NCBI GenBank assembly: GCA_963738405.1
Contig: CAVTWJ010000002.1
Coordinates: 136,575-200,574 of the forward strand
DNA: 64,000 nt
Source: a candidate division FCPU426 bacterium
GTDB lineage: Bacteria; Oederibacteriota; Muellerivitia; Muellerivitales; Muellerivitaceae
Direction: 5' to 3'
This document shows positions 23,069 to 34,700 of the stretch, piece after piece (the stretch's first letter is position 1; every line of letters starts with the position of its first letter). Under the pieces are notes generated by a model. That model saw nothing but the letters and a program-made list of their open reading frames with translations. It was not told the DNA's origin and made no database searches. A program made the position numbers and the translations under genes.

Positions 23069-23743
23069 ATGAAGATATTGATCATCGAGGACGAGCCCAA
23101 AACCATGGCCTATTTGGCCAAGGGCCTGGAAGAAAACGGCTATACGGTGAACGGCGCCGGGAACGGCGAGGACGGCTTTCACATGGCCCGGGTGGGCGAA
23201 TACGACCTTCTGATCCTGGATGTCATGCTTCCGGACAAGGATGGGTGGTCAATCCTTGAGGACTTACGACAGTCGGGCCATCGTTTCCCAATTCTTTTCC
23301 TGACCGCAAGGGACGGAATAGAGGATCGCGTGAAGGGCCTTGAATCGGGAGCGGATGATTACCTGGTGAAACCCTTCGCCTTCGCGGAACTATTGGCCCG
23401 AGTCCACACACTTCTCCGTCGCGGCTCGTCTCGATCATCAGAAATCCTCCGAATCGCCGACCTGGAAATCGATCCTCTTCGCCACAAAAGCCAGCGATCC
23501 GGCAAACGTCTCGACCTGACTCCCAAAGAATTTTCACTTCTTTTCCTGTTGGCCTCCAAGACGGGAGATGTCTTGTCCCGGAACCGCCTAGCTGAACAAG
23601 TGTGGGACGTGAACTTCGACAGCGACACCAATGTGGTGGATGTCCATGTGCGCAGGTTAAGGGCCAAGGTGGATGACCCCTTTAGCCAAAAGCTGATTCA
23701 TACCGTGCGGGGGGTCGGCTATGTCCTTGAAGACCGCGGATAA
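23069..23743 (+). CDS. Heavy-metal response regulator (CusR/CzcR-like, OmpR family)
   Basis: REC domain plus [32 protein letters not shown]. Confidence 0.92.
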   Translation: MKILIIEDEPKTMAYLAKGLEENGYTVNGAGNGEDGFHMARVGEYDLLILDVMLPDKDGWSILEDLRQSGHRFPILFLTARDGIEDRVKGLESGADDYLVKPFAFAELLARVHTLLRRGSSRSSEILRIADLEIDPLRHKSQRSGKRLDLTPKEFSLLFLLASKTGDVLSRNRLAEQVWDVNFDSDTNVVDVHVRRLRAKVDDPFSQKLIHTVRGVGYVLEDRG

Positions 23744-25205
23744 TAAAAAAGCAACGGGGTGGCTAGGTTCCCTGGCCGCTCGCATGACCCTTTGGTATGC
23801 CTTTTCAGCTTTCGTGCTGGTCTTGACCGCCTCGGGGTTCCTTTATAGTGCCCTTTCCAACGCCCTGGATCATGAAAACGAGGGCATGCTGAACCAAAAA
23901 CTTCAAAGTTTGAATATGAGAATGCGCGGGCCTACTTGCGACCTGAACGACCTGCAGGAATTCGTGGGTGAGATTCCCATGTGGTACCGGGACACCTCCT
24001 TTTGGACCCGACTGCTGGACGATTCGGGGAGGGTCATGGCCGAGACTCCGGGAATGTCGCAGACCCTTCCCCGTTCGTTGTTTGACGGAAATTTCCCGAA
24101 AGACCACACCGCCGCGGTCTATTCTCGGGAAGGCCGGCCCTTCCGGGTGACCTCCGCCCCCGGGGATTGGCCCGAAAAAAAACCCGACCACCTCACTATT
24201 CAAATGGCGATCGATACCAGTTCGGACGAAATGGTTCTGAGCAAATTCCGAAGAAAACTTTTCAGGGCCCTGGGCTTTTCGCTCCTGGCTTGCTCCCTGA
24301 TGGGTTATTGGATCGCCCACCGGGGAATCCGTCCGGTTCGAAAAATGGCTAAAACCGCAGCCCGGATCAGCTCCAGCACCCTCTACGAGCGCCTGGAACG
24401 CTCCGGCCTGCCCTCCGAGCTTTCGGACCTTGCGGCGACCTTCAATGAAATGCTGGATCGCCTGGAAGATTCCTTCGACCGTCTTTCCCGTTTCAGCTCC
24501 GATATCGCCCACGAATTGCGGACCCCCATCCAGAATCTTAGGGGGGAGGCGGAAGTCATTTTAAGTAAAGACCGCGAGCCCGGCGAATACCGAGAAATTC
24601 TGGGTTCCGCCCTGGAAGAATACCAACGGCTTTCCAACCTCATCGACCGGCTCCTTTTCCTCGCGAGGGCTGAAAATCCCCAAACCCAAATTCAACGGGA
24701 AGAGTTGAATATGAAAAAAGAACTCGGCCTGCTCCAGGATTTTTACGGTCTGTCGGCAGGGGAATCAGACATTACCCTACGTTCGGAGGCTCCGGAAGGT
24801 TTGAGGGTCTATCTGGACCGTTCCTTGTTTCAAAGGGCGGTGGGAAACCTGGTGGAGAACGCCTTGAAATACACCCCTCCGGGGGGGCTGGTTCTTTTTA
24901 AAGCTTCCAACGGAGATGGAAAGACACGAGTGGTGGTGGCCGACACCGGCAAGGGCCTTACCCCGGATCAGATATCGAAGGTTTTCGACAGGTTCTATCG
25001 GGTGGATTCCTCCCGCACCGGCTCCTCAGGCGGCGCCGGTTTGGGCCTGGCCATCGTGAAAAGCATCATGGATTTGCACGGTGGGACGGTGGAAATTAAA
25101 AGCGAACCCTCACAGGGGACCACCGTCACCCTCATATTTCCCTTAATCCAACCAAGTGAAATCTCATCCAAAATCGGGGGGCACTCAGGCTTGGGTGGAC
25201 TTTGA
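23721..25205 (+). CDS. Heavy-metal sensor histidine kinase (CusS/CzcS-like)
   Basis: Two [36 protein letters not shown]. Confidence 0.92.
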   Translation: MSLKTADNKKATGWLGSLAARMTLWYAFSAFVLVLTASGFLYSALSNALDHENEGMLNQKLQSLNMRMRGPTCDLNDLQEFVGEIPMWYRDTSFWTRLLDDSGRVMAETPGMSQTLPRSLFDGNFPKDHTAAVYSREGRPFRVTSAPGDWPEKKPDHLTIQMAIDTSSDEMVLSKFRRKLFRALGFSLLACSLMGYWIAHRGIRPVRKMAKTAARISSSTLYERLERSGLPSELSDLAATFNEMLDRLEDSFDRLSRFSSDIAHELRTPIQNLRGEAEVILSKDREPGEYREILGSALEEYQRLSNLIDRLLFLARAENPQTQIQREELNMKKELGLLQDFYGLSAGESDITLRSEAPEGLRVYLDRSLFQRAVGNLVENALKYTPPGGLVLFKASNGDGKTRVVVADTGKGLTPDQISKVFDRFYRVDSSRTGSSGGAGLGLAIVKSIMDLHGGTVEIKSEPSQGTTVTLIFPLIQPSEISSKIGGHSGLGGL

Positions 25206-25242
25206 AACCGATGGGCCTTTGAGCAGGTTATATAGGGGTCAA

Positions 25243-25696
25243 TTTATACGCAACGTATAAATTCTGGGCCGGGTTTCACATAGGGTATGTAAAGAACCCC
25301 AAATTCCCTTATTTGAATTAGTACTAATAGTACTAATTCAACCCGCCAATACCCTGTTTGGCACGATCAAAAGGTGGCACAATTCCCGATACCCCCAAAA
25401 CCCTTATTTTTGCATTCGGAGTATCCGCATGCAAAAATAAGGGTTTTCAGGCTCTAATGCTTGAGATGCATTATGGATGGTAATCTCGCGTCCAATTAAC
25501 GTCAGAATCCGACTTAATTGGACGTGAGAATTGGAGTTTTATGCTAGTCCGCATAAATTTGGAAAAATCTTCAAAAAAGCCTTTAAAAACGACTTGCCAC
25601 TCGCAAGTCAAAAAATAATGGGTTTTTGCATATTTTCCAGAATCTGTAAAACACTCAGATTCCCCTTATTTGAATTGGCCGTAATACGACCAATTA
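25243..25696. repeat. Cluster of short palindromes; 25484-25696 is homologous to 61352-61589
   Basis: At least six inverted repeats, e.g. TTTATACG-CAA-CGTATAAA, TTGAATTAGTACTA-A-TAGTACTAATTCAA, GACTTGC-CACTC-GCAAGTC. Confidence 0.75.
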
Positions 25697-25714
25697 CCCC
25701 CCAAAAAAACCTAC

Positions 25715-28700
25715 TCAGGGTCCCTCGATACTAAAGGTCCCCAGCTGCCAGGTATCCCAGATGGCGGTTCCGGTCGAGTTGTACAGTTCCGCCACGAAAT
25801 TTTGATTGGCGGCGATTTGACCGGGGGTCAAACCGAACTGGGTGGCCTGGACCGGGATGACGAAACTGGAACAGGTATAGGTGTAGGGGCCCAGCCAGAC
25901 GTAATTGCCGTTGGTGACATCCACGATCCTGATCATGCTGGTCTGGGTCGTACAACCAGGGGTATAGGGATAGACCGTGAAGTTAAACCCGATACTGTTC
26001 CCGTCTTCCGCCAAGAAGGTGGCCGGGCTGGCCAGGCTGGCCGTGTCGATAAAGGCCGGGGGTTCTTCCAAGGTGATGGGCGACCCAGCAGGCGTGCCGT
26101 AGGAGAACACCTGGCTCTTGGCTTGGTTATAAAGGGTCACCGCCAACTGCGCCGGAGCCGGGTTGTTGGCCGTGGTCAATCCCAAATCATAACCTGACAG
26201 GGTCACCGTAAAGCTTGACCCCAGGCCCGTATAACTGAAGGGCCCAACATAGAGGCCGTGATTGTTGGAGTTGTTGTTGACCCATGCGTAACTGACCTGG
26301 GTGACCCCGGCGGGAGCGTTGGCGTTGATCTGCAATTGGAAGGCCTGGCAGGACCCGTTGCCGCCGTCGGTCGTCAGGCAGTTCACGGCGCTGGAGTTCA
26401 TGTAATCCTGCGGGTATTCCAGGTTGAGGGTCCCCACGGGCTGGACGTCCCAAACCTGGGTGCCGGTGGAGTCGAGCAGTTGGGCCACGAACTTCTGGTT
26501 CAAGGCCGACCCTCCCGGCAGGACTCCGAATTGGGCGGGAGTCAATGTCCAGCTATAGCTGGTGCAGGTATAGGTAACAGGCCCTAAGGTCACCGAATTG
26601 CCGTTGGTGAGATCCCATAACCTTATCATGCTCGTCTGGGTCGTCGCGCATGCGGGCGTATAGGGGTAGAGGATAAAGTTGAAGGTATTCAGGTTTCCAT
26701 CCTCCGCCACCGTTCCGTTGGAAAAGGCCGTGTAGTCGATATAGGCCGGGGGTGTTTCCAGGGTCACCGGAACGCCTCCCGCCGGGAAGGAAACGCCCAG
26801 GGGCTTGGTCTGCGCGGAGTTGTAAAGCGTCACGGCCATCTGCATGGATACGGGCAGGCTGGCGGTGGACAGGCCCAGTTCCTTGCCCGACAGGGTGACC
26901 GAGAAGCTTCCCGTGCCGGTGTAGCTGAAGGGCCCGATCGTTGTGATGGTGGCATTAAAGGAATTGGCTACATTCGCGTAATTGGTCTCACGCACCCCCG
27001 CCGGGCCCTGGGTATTGAGGTTCAATTGGAACGCCTGGCAGGCGCCGTTACCGCCGTCGGTCGTGAGGCAGTTAAGCGCGCTGGAAGTAATAAAGGGCGA
27101 GGGATTTTCCAGGTTCAGGGTGCCCGGATACTTCTGATCCAGCAGGGTTACCCCGGTGGAATCGTACAATTGCAAAGCGAAGTTCTGGCTCAAAGCGGTC
27201 TGGCCCGCCATCGTCACCCCGAACTGTTGGGGGGTGAAATAATAGGTATTGTCATCCGCGCCGCCATTGAGGTCGGTGATGGGTCCAAAGGGCACCGTGA
27301 CCCCGTTCGATAGATCAATCAGCTTCATGCGGCTGATCACCGTCGTGGTCCCCGGCGAGGTGAGGTAGGCCACCAGGCCGAAGTCCTCGCAGTTCCCGTC
27401 CTCCGCGGTGGTTTGACAGCTGAAGCTGGCGCTGTTGATGTATTGGAGGGGCGCTTCCAAGGTCATGGGCGAACCCGTGGGAACCGAGGCTCCCTCCGGC
27501 TGGGTCTCGTTGTCGTTGTAAAGGGTCACGGCTAATGCGGTGGAAACCGGCAACCCCGCCGTGGTGAGGCTGAAGGTGGTGCCGGAAATAGTCGCGGCCA
27601 AAGAGGCGCTGGGGCCCGAATAGGTCCAGGGACCCAGCCAGACATTTTTATTATTGGACGTATCCACCACATAGGCGTAACTGGTCTTGGGGTTACCCGC
27701 CGGGGCGTTGACGTTGAGTGTCAGCAACACCTGCTGCCAGGCGCCGTTGACGGTATCCGTCACGAGCGGGGTCACCGAGCTTCCCGTCAGGTAAAGGGTG
27801 GGAGCTTCCAGATTCAGCGTTCCGGGGTAAACGGTATCGAGAAGCGTGACTCCGCTGGAATCATATAACTGGGCCATGAAAGTCTGGTTCGTAACGATCT
27901 GCGCCTGTGCCGTCACGCCAAACTGGGCGGGCAATAGAGGAAAGCTCGGGTTATAGCCCCCGCCGTTCGTATCCACCAAGGGCGGGAACACCACGGTGGT
28001 GGAGTTCGACAGGTCGATCAGCTTCACCATCGTGGTGACGGTGGCGCTTCCAGGGGCGTTCACATAGGGGGCGTAATTGAAGGCCTGCCAATTGCCGTCT
28101 TCTCCCGTGCTGGTCGGGCTGAAGGTTCCGTTATTCAAGAAATATTGCAGGGGGGCTTCCATGGTCAGGGGGGAACCCGCCGGAACGGCCTGATCCAGGA
28201 TATGGGACTTCGTTTGGTCGTAGAGGGTTACGGCCATGGCGGTGGAAACCGGCAGGTTGGCGGTGGCCAGGCCAAAATCCGTCCCCCGGATGGTCACGGG
28301 GAAACTGCCCGTTCCCGTAAAGGTAAAGGGCCCTTCCTGGAGGGCGGCATGGCCGTTGCTGAGGTCGTATACATTGGCGTAAACCGTACGGGTCACGCCC
28401 GCGGGCCCAATGGGGTTCAGGGTGAGGAGGATGCTCCGGCAGGCGCCCGTGGCGGGGTCATTCACCAGGCAGGAAACGGAAGCGGTATTCAAGTAGGGCG
28501 AGGGGGTTTCCAGGTTCAAGGTTCCCAGGGGATAGCTGTCCAATAACGTCACGCCTCCCGCGTCGGCGTAGAGGTATTCCTCGAACACCTGATTGAGCGC
28601 GATCTGACCCGGCGTGCTCATTCCCAATTGCTTGGGCAGAACCAGGAAGGATCCCGAGATGGCCCCGCCATTGGTAGCGGTCACGGGTCCGTAATTGATC

Positions 28701-31700
28701 GTGAGGGGACCTCCGCTGGCCGTCAGGTCCACCAGTTTCAGGTAACTGACCACCGTCGGTCCGCTGGGAGAGTTCAAATAATAATTGAAGTTAAATCCTT
28801 CGCAGTTCCCGTCATCGGCCGTTGTCAGGCAGATCACCTCATTGTTGGTGTTGTGGAGGAGGTATTGCTCAGGTGCCTCAAAGGAAACGGGCGAACCGGA
28901 GGGGATGGAGGTGTTCAAAACGGTCGAGTCATTTTCCGCCAGGAGCGTCACCGCGAAGGAAGCGGAGGTGACCGCCCCGGCCGTGTTCAGGCTAAAGTTG
29001 AGGCCGCTAAGGGTCGCCGAGGCGCTTCCGGCGCCGTTAAAGGTAAAGGGGCCCACTGTGGTGTGCGTGTTGTTGGTCAGGTCGGCCACCGAGGCGTAGC
29101 AGGTCTTGGTCACTCCCGCGGGGCCCACCGGGTTCAGGGTGAGCAGGAACTGCTGGCAAGCGCCGTTCCCGAGATCGGATTGAATACATGAAATCGAACT
29201 GGAGGCCAAGTAAGGCGAAGGGGCTTCCAGGTTCAAGGTGCCCAGGGGATAGGTATCCAACTGCGTCACCCCGCCGGAGTCGGCATAGAGGTATTCCTGG
29301 AATTGCTGATTGGACGCGATTTGGCCGCCCGTGGTCACTCCGAATTGCTGGGCCAGCAGGGTGAAGGAGCCCGAAGTCGCGCCGCCATTGGTATCGGTCA
29401 CCGGGCCGTAATTAACGGTAATGGGTCCCCCGGAAGCGGTCAGGTCAACTAGTTTTATATAGCTAATCACGGTGGGGCCGCTGGGGCCGTTCAAATAATA
29501 ATTGAAGGTGAAGGACTCGCAGTTCCCGTCCCCGGTTTGGGTTAGGCAGGTCACTTCGTTGTTGGTGTTGTGGAGAAGGAATTGTTCCGGCGCCTCAAAG
29601 GAAATGGGTGAGCCCGCGGGGATGGAGGTATTCAGGACCGTCGTGTCATTGGCCGCCAGAAGGGTGACGGCAAAGGAAGCGGAAGTGACCGCGCCGGCCG
29701 TATTGAGGCTGAACTGGTTCCCGTTCAGGGTGACCGAATAACCGGGCCCGGTGCCGTTAAAGGTGAAGGGGCCCACCGTGGTGTGCGTTTTATTGGTCAG
29801 GTCGGCCACCGAGGCATAACAGGTTTGGTTCACCCCCGCCGGCCCCATGGGGTTCAGGGTGAGCAGGAACTGCTGGCAAGCGCCGTCGCCCAGATCCGTT
29901 TGGACGCAAGAGATGGAGCTGGAGGCCAGGTAGGGCGAAGGCGTTTCAAGGTTCAAGGTCCCCATCGGGTAGGTATCCAACAGCGTCACCCCGCCGGAGT
30001 CGGCGTAGAGCAGTTCCTCAAATTGCTGGTTCAGGGCGATCTGGCCCGGCGTGGTCACCCCGAATTGCTGGGCCAGTATGCTGAAGGTTCCCGAGGTAGA
30101 CCCGCCGTTGGTATCGGTCACCGCGCCCGCGCTCACCGTGACAGGTCCCCCGGAAGCCGAAAGGTCGACCAGTTGCAGATAGGTGGTTACGGAAGCGCCG
30201 CTGGGCGAAGTCACGTAGTAGTTGAAATTGAAGGTCTCACAGTTCCCGTCCTCGGCGACGGTCTGACAGCTCAGGTCGTTGTAGCCAGAGTTGCGGAAGA
30301 GGAACTGCGTGGGGGCCACCAAAGAGATGGGCGAGCCGGTGGGAATGCCCGTTCCCAATACGGTCACGGGGCTGGTATTGCTGTTGAGGGTCACAGCGAA
30401 GGCTTTGGAGGCCGGGGTGGTGGAGGTGATGCTGAAATCGGAAGCTCTCAATGTGACCGGGAAGGTCGCGGTCACGGGTCCCGAATAGGTGAAGGGCCCC
30501 ACCGAGACGGATTTATTGTCGGTCAGGTCGGTCACATAAGCCCAGTCGGTCGATGTCACCGCCCCGGAACTGCCGAGGGTTACGCTTAAGGCGAAGGTCT
30601 GGTAACTTCCGCCGGTTCCTGGCAGCAAGGGGGTAATACCGCTTCCGAGCAAGGTATCAGCCGTGGTCGTATTGTTGTTTTCGAGGCTAAGGGTCCCCAC
30701 GGGCGAGACGCCCAAAAGCGTCACGCCGCTGGCATCGTAAAGTTGTTCCGTGAACTGCTGGTTGAGGGCCTCTTGGCCCGCGCTCAAGCCGAAGCTGGCC
30801 CCATTCAAGGTTACGGCGTAGGCGTGATTGCCCTGGGCATTGCTGACTGGCCCGAAGAAGACAGTCGCCGGGATGGACTGATCGACCAAGGCGTATTCAA
30901 AGCTGACCGCAGAGGCGCCGGGGGTGTCCAGGGTAGTGTTGAAGTTGAAGGTGACGGCGTTGCCGTCCTCGGCCATAACAAGGCTGCTGAAGCTGTTGGA
31001 GTAGATGTATCCCAGCGGGGCTTCCAGCGTGACGGGTGAGCCTAAGGGCGTGGAAGTATCCAGCCAATGGACCTGGGTCTCGTCGTAGAGCTTCACGATG
31101 AAATTGGAGGAAACCGGCCCCGAGGCCGTCGTAAAGTTGAAATCGTTGGTAGAAAGGGTGACCGAGTAGCTGTCCCCCGAGCCCACGTAGGTAATGGGCC
31201 CCACCCAGACGGTGGAAGCGTTGGTGGTGTCGATCACGTCGGCGTAACTGATGGACTGCAGCCCCGTGGGACCGTTGGGGTTGATCGTCATGGCAATAGC
31301 CTGATAGGCCCCCGTACCGCTATCGAAATAAATCGGAGACAAGGAGGTTGAGGCCAGGTAGTTGGCGGGAGTCTCATAGCTAAAGGTCTGGGCTGGCTGT
31401 TGATCCAACAGCGTCACACCGCTTGCGTCAAACAATTGCTCGTAGAACTGCTGATTCATCGCCGTTTGGCCAGGCGTCAGGCCGAAACTGGCCCCGTTCA
31501 AGGTGACCGCGTGGGCCGCGTTCCCGCCGTTGTTGTTCACGAAGGGTCCCAGGGTGAGGGTGACGGGTAAGGGCAAAGCGTTTGAATCGATCAGCTTCAC
31601 CAGGGTCGTGACTGGGGTGGTGGCGCTGAAAGGGGCGTCCAGGTCGGTGTTGTAGGTGAAGTAGGTGCAATTGCCGTCCTCGGCGGTGGTCAAACAGCCG

Positions 31701-34700
31701 AAGGTGTTGTAACCGGGACCGTAAATGAACTCGAGAGGGGCTTCCAAGGAAATCGGCGCCCCCGTAGGCGTGATCGTATCCAGCCATTGGTTCTGCGGGT
31801 TGTAGAGCTTGAGGGTAAAGGAGGTGGAAACGGGCGCCGCGTTGGTGATCAGGCCGAAATTAGACCCATTCATGGTGACGGCGAGGGTGCCGGTGCCCGT
31901 GTAGGTCCAGGGGCCGATCTGCGTGGTGCTGGAGTTTGTGTTGTCCGTCACGATGGCGTAGTTGGAAGAGGGTAGGCCCGGGGGCCCGTTGGTGTTGACG
32001 GTCAAGAGGAACCGCTGAACGGCGCCGTTGCCCGGGTCGGTGGAAAGCACCGACACCGAGGCCGAGCCGAAGTAATTGGCGGGTGTTTCATAACTAAAAG
32101 TCTGGGCGGGCATTTGATCCAACAGCGTCACGCCGCTGGCGTCATACAACTGCTCGTAGAACTGCTGATTGACGGCCGTTTGGCCGGCCGAGAGGCCGAA
32201 GCTGGCGCCGTTCAAGGTCACGGCATGCCCCGCGTTTCCGCCGTTGTTGTTCACGAAGGGCCCCAGGGTCAGCGTAACCCCGCTGGTCAGGTTCTCCAGT
32301 TTCACCAGGGTCGTGACCGGGGTCGTGGCGCTAAAGGGCGCGTCCAGATCGGTGTTGAAAGTAAATTCAGTGCAGTTCCCGTCTTCGGCGGCCGTCAGGC
32401 AGGCGAAGGTGTTGTAGCCGGGCCCATAAATGAATTCGGAGGGGGCCTCAAGGGTGATAGGCGCTCCCGTAGGCGTGATCGTATCCAGCCAATGGGCCTC
32501 GGTGGAGTCAAAAAGCTTGACGGTGAAGCCCGTGGAAACCGGCGCCGCGTTGGAGGTCAGGCCGAAACTGGTGCCCATCAAGGTCACCGAGTAGGTGTAG
32601 CCCGATCCGGTGTAGGTCCAGGGGCCCACGAAGGTGGCGGCGCTGTTTTGGTTGTCGATAATCTCGGCGCTGTTGGAACTTTGCTCACCCGTCGGCCCCG
32701 TGGCGGAAACCCGCAGGACAAAGCGCTGAACCGCCCCGTTGCCCGGGTCGGTCGCCAGCACCGACACCGAGGCGGAGGCCAGGTAGGGCGAGGGATATTC
32801 GTAACTCAAATTCTGGGCCGGCTGCTGGTCCAGAATGGTGGTTCCTCCGGCGTCGAGCAATTGTTCCTGAAAGGTCTGGTTCACCGCCGTTTGGCCCGGC
32901 GCCAGGCCGAAGCTGGCCGCGTTGAGCGTGACCGAGTGGCCTTGGTTGCTCCCGTTCGTGTTGACGAAGGGGCCCAGGGTCAGGGTCACGGGTTGAGGGC
33001 TGGCGTTGGTGTCGATCAATTTCACTAGGGTCGTGACCGGCGTGGTAGCGCTAAAGGGCGCGTAAAGGTCGGTGTTGAAAGTGAAATACACGCAGTTGCC
33101 GTCCTGGGCGGTGGTCTGACAGCCGAAGGTATTGTAGGAGGGCCCATAAAGGTACACGGCGGGAGCTTCCAAGGTCAGGGGCGAACCTGAGGGCGTGGAG
33201 GAATCGAGAACTAAATTTTGCGCCGCGTTATAAAGCTTCACGTTGAGGCCGGTGGTAATGGGCGCCGCGTTGGTGGTCAGGCCGAAATAGGATCCGTTCA
33301 AGGTCACCGAATAACTGCTTCCCGTACCGGTGTAGGTAAAGGGACCCACAATGGTGGAGGCGCTGTTTTTCGTGGCGGTCACCAGGGCGTAGCTGATGGA
33401 ATTAACCCCCGGCGGGCCGTTGGCGTTGATGTTCAGGATAAAGGACCGCGTGGCCCCGTTGCCGCTGTCCGTGATAAAGGGCGTGACGGAGGTTCCCGCC
33501 AAATAGTCGGTGGGATATTCGTAGCTCAAGGTCCCGGCTGTGCGGGTATCCATCAGCGTCACGCCGCTGGCGTCATACAATTGCTCCAGGAAGGAATCCC
33601 CTACCGCCGCTTGACCGGCGCTCAGGTTGAATTCGGCCCCGTTGAGGGTGACCGCATAGGCCTGGTTGCCCCCGCCGTTGTTCACGAAGGGCCCCAGGAA
33701 AACCGAGACGCCCCTCGTTTGGTCCGTCAGGACCACCTGGGTGGTCATGGGATTGGACCCCGGGTTGTCCAGGCCCGTATTGAAGGTGAAGAGGGCGCAG
33801 TTCCCGTCTTCCGCCAGGGTCTGACAGCTGAAGCTGTTGCTGTTGATGAACTCTTTCGGGTATTCCAGGGTCAGGGGCGATCCGGCGGGCACATCGGTAT
33901 CTTGAAGGACGGTTTCCGTCGCGTCGTAAAGCTTGACGGTGAGGTTGGTGGAAACGGCCGCCGAGTTGGTGGTCAGGCCAAAATCGTTCCCCAGCAGGGT
34001 CACCGTATAGCTGTAACCGTTGCCCACGTAATTCCAAGGGCCGATCCACATCGTTTGGCCGTTGGTGGTGTCGGTCACCAGGGCGGTCCCCACGGAGGTC
34101 ACCCCCGCCGGGCCGTCGGCGTCCACCGTCAGGGCAAATCCCTGGCAGGCCCCGTTGCCGCTGTCGGACAGCACGCAGGAAGCGGTGCTTCCCGCTAGAT
34201 AGTTAGCGGCGTATTCATAACTAAAGGTGCCCGCGTTCTGGTCATCCAGCACCGTCACTCCGCTGGGATCGGTCAAGGTTTCCTCAAAAACATGGTTGGG
34301 CGCGGTCTGACCGGGGGTCAAGCCCATCAATTCCCCGTCCAAAGTCACGGCGTAGGCCTGGTTGCCCGGGCCGTTGTTCACGAAGGGCCCCAGGTACAGC
34401 GTGGCGGGGCCGGTTTGGTCAGTCAGCCTCACAAACGTGGTCACGGGCGAGGCGGCGGGGTTATTCAAAGTCGTGTTGAAGGTGAAGTATTGGCAGGCGC
34501 CGTCCTGCGCGGTCGTGACGCAGTTAAAGCTGTGGGAATAAATGTATTCGCTCGGGCCCTCCAGGGTCAGGGGGGACCCGGAAGGAATGGAGGTATCGAG
34601 AATGGTGTTTTCGGTGGCGTTATAAAGCTTCACGGTGAAATTGGCCTGCACCTGGGAAACGGCGCTGGTGATGCCGAAATCTTCCGGCTGGAGGGTGACC

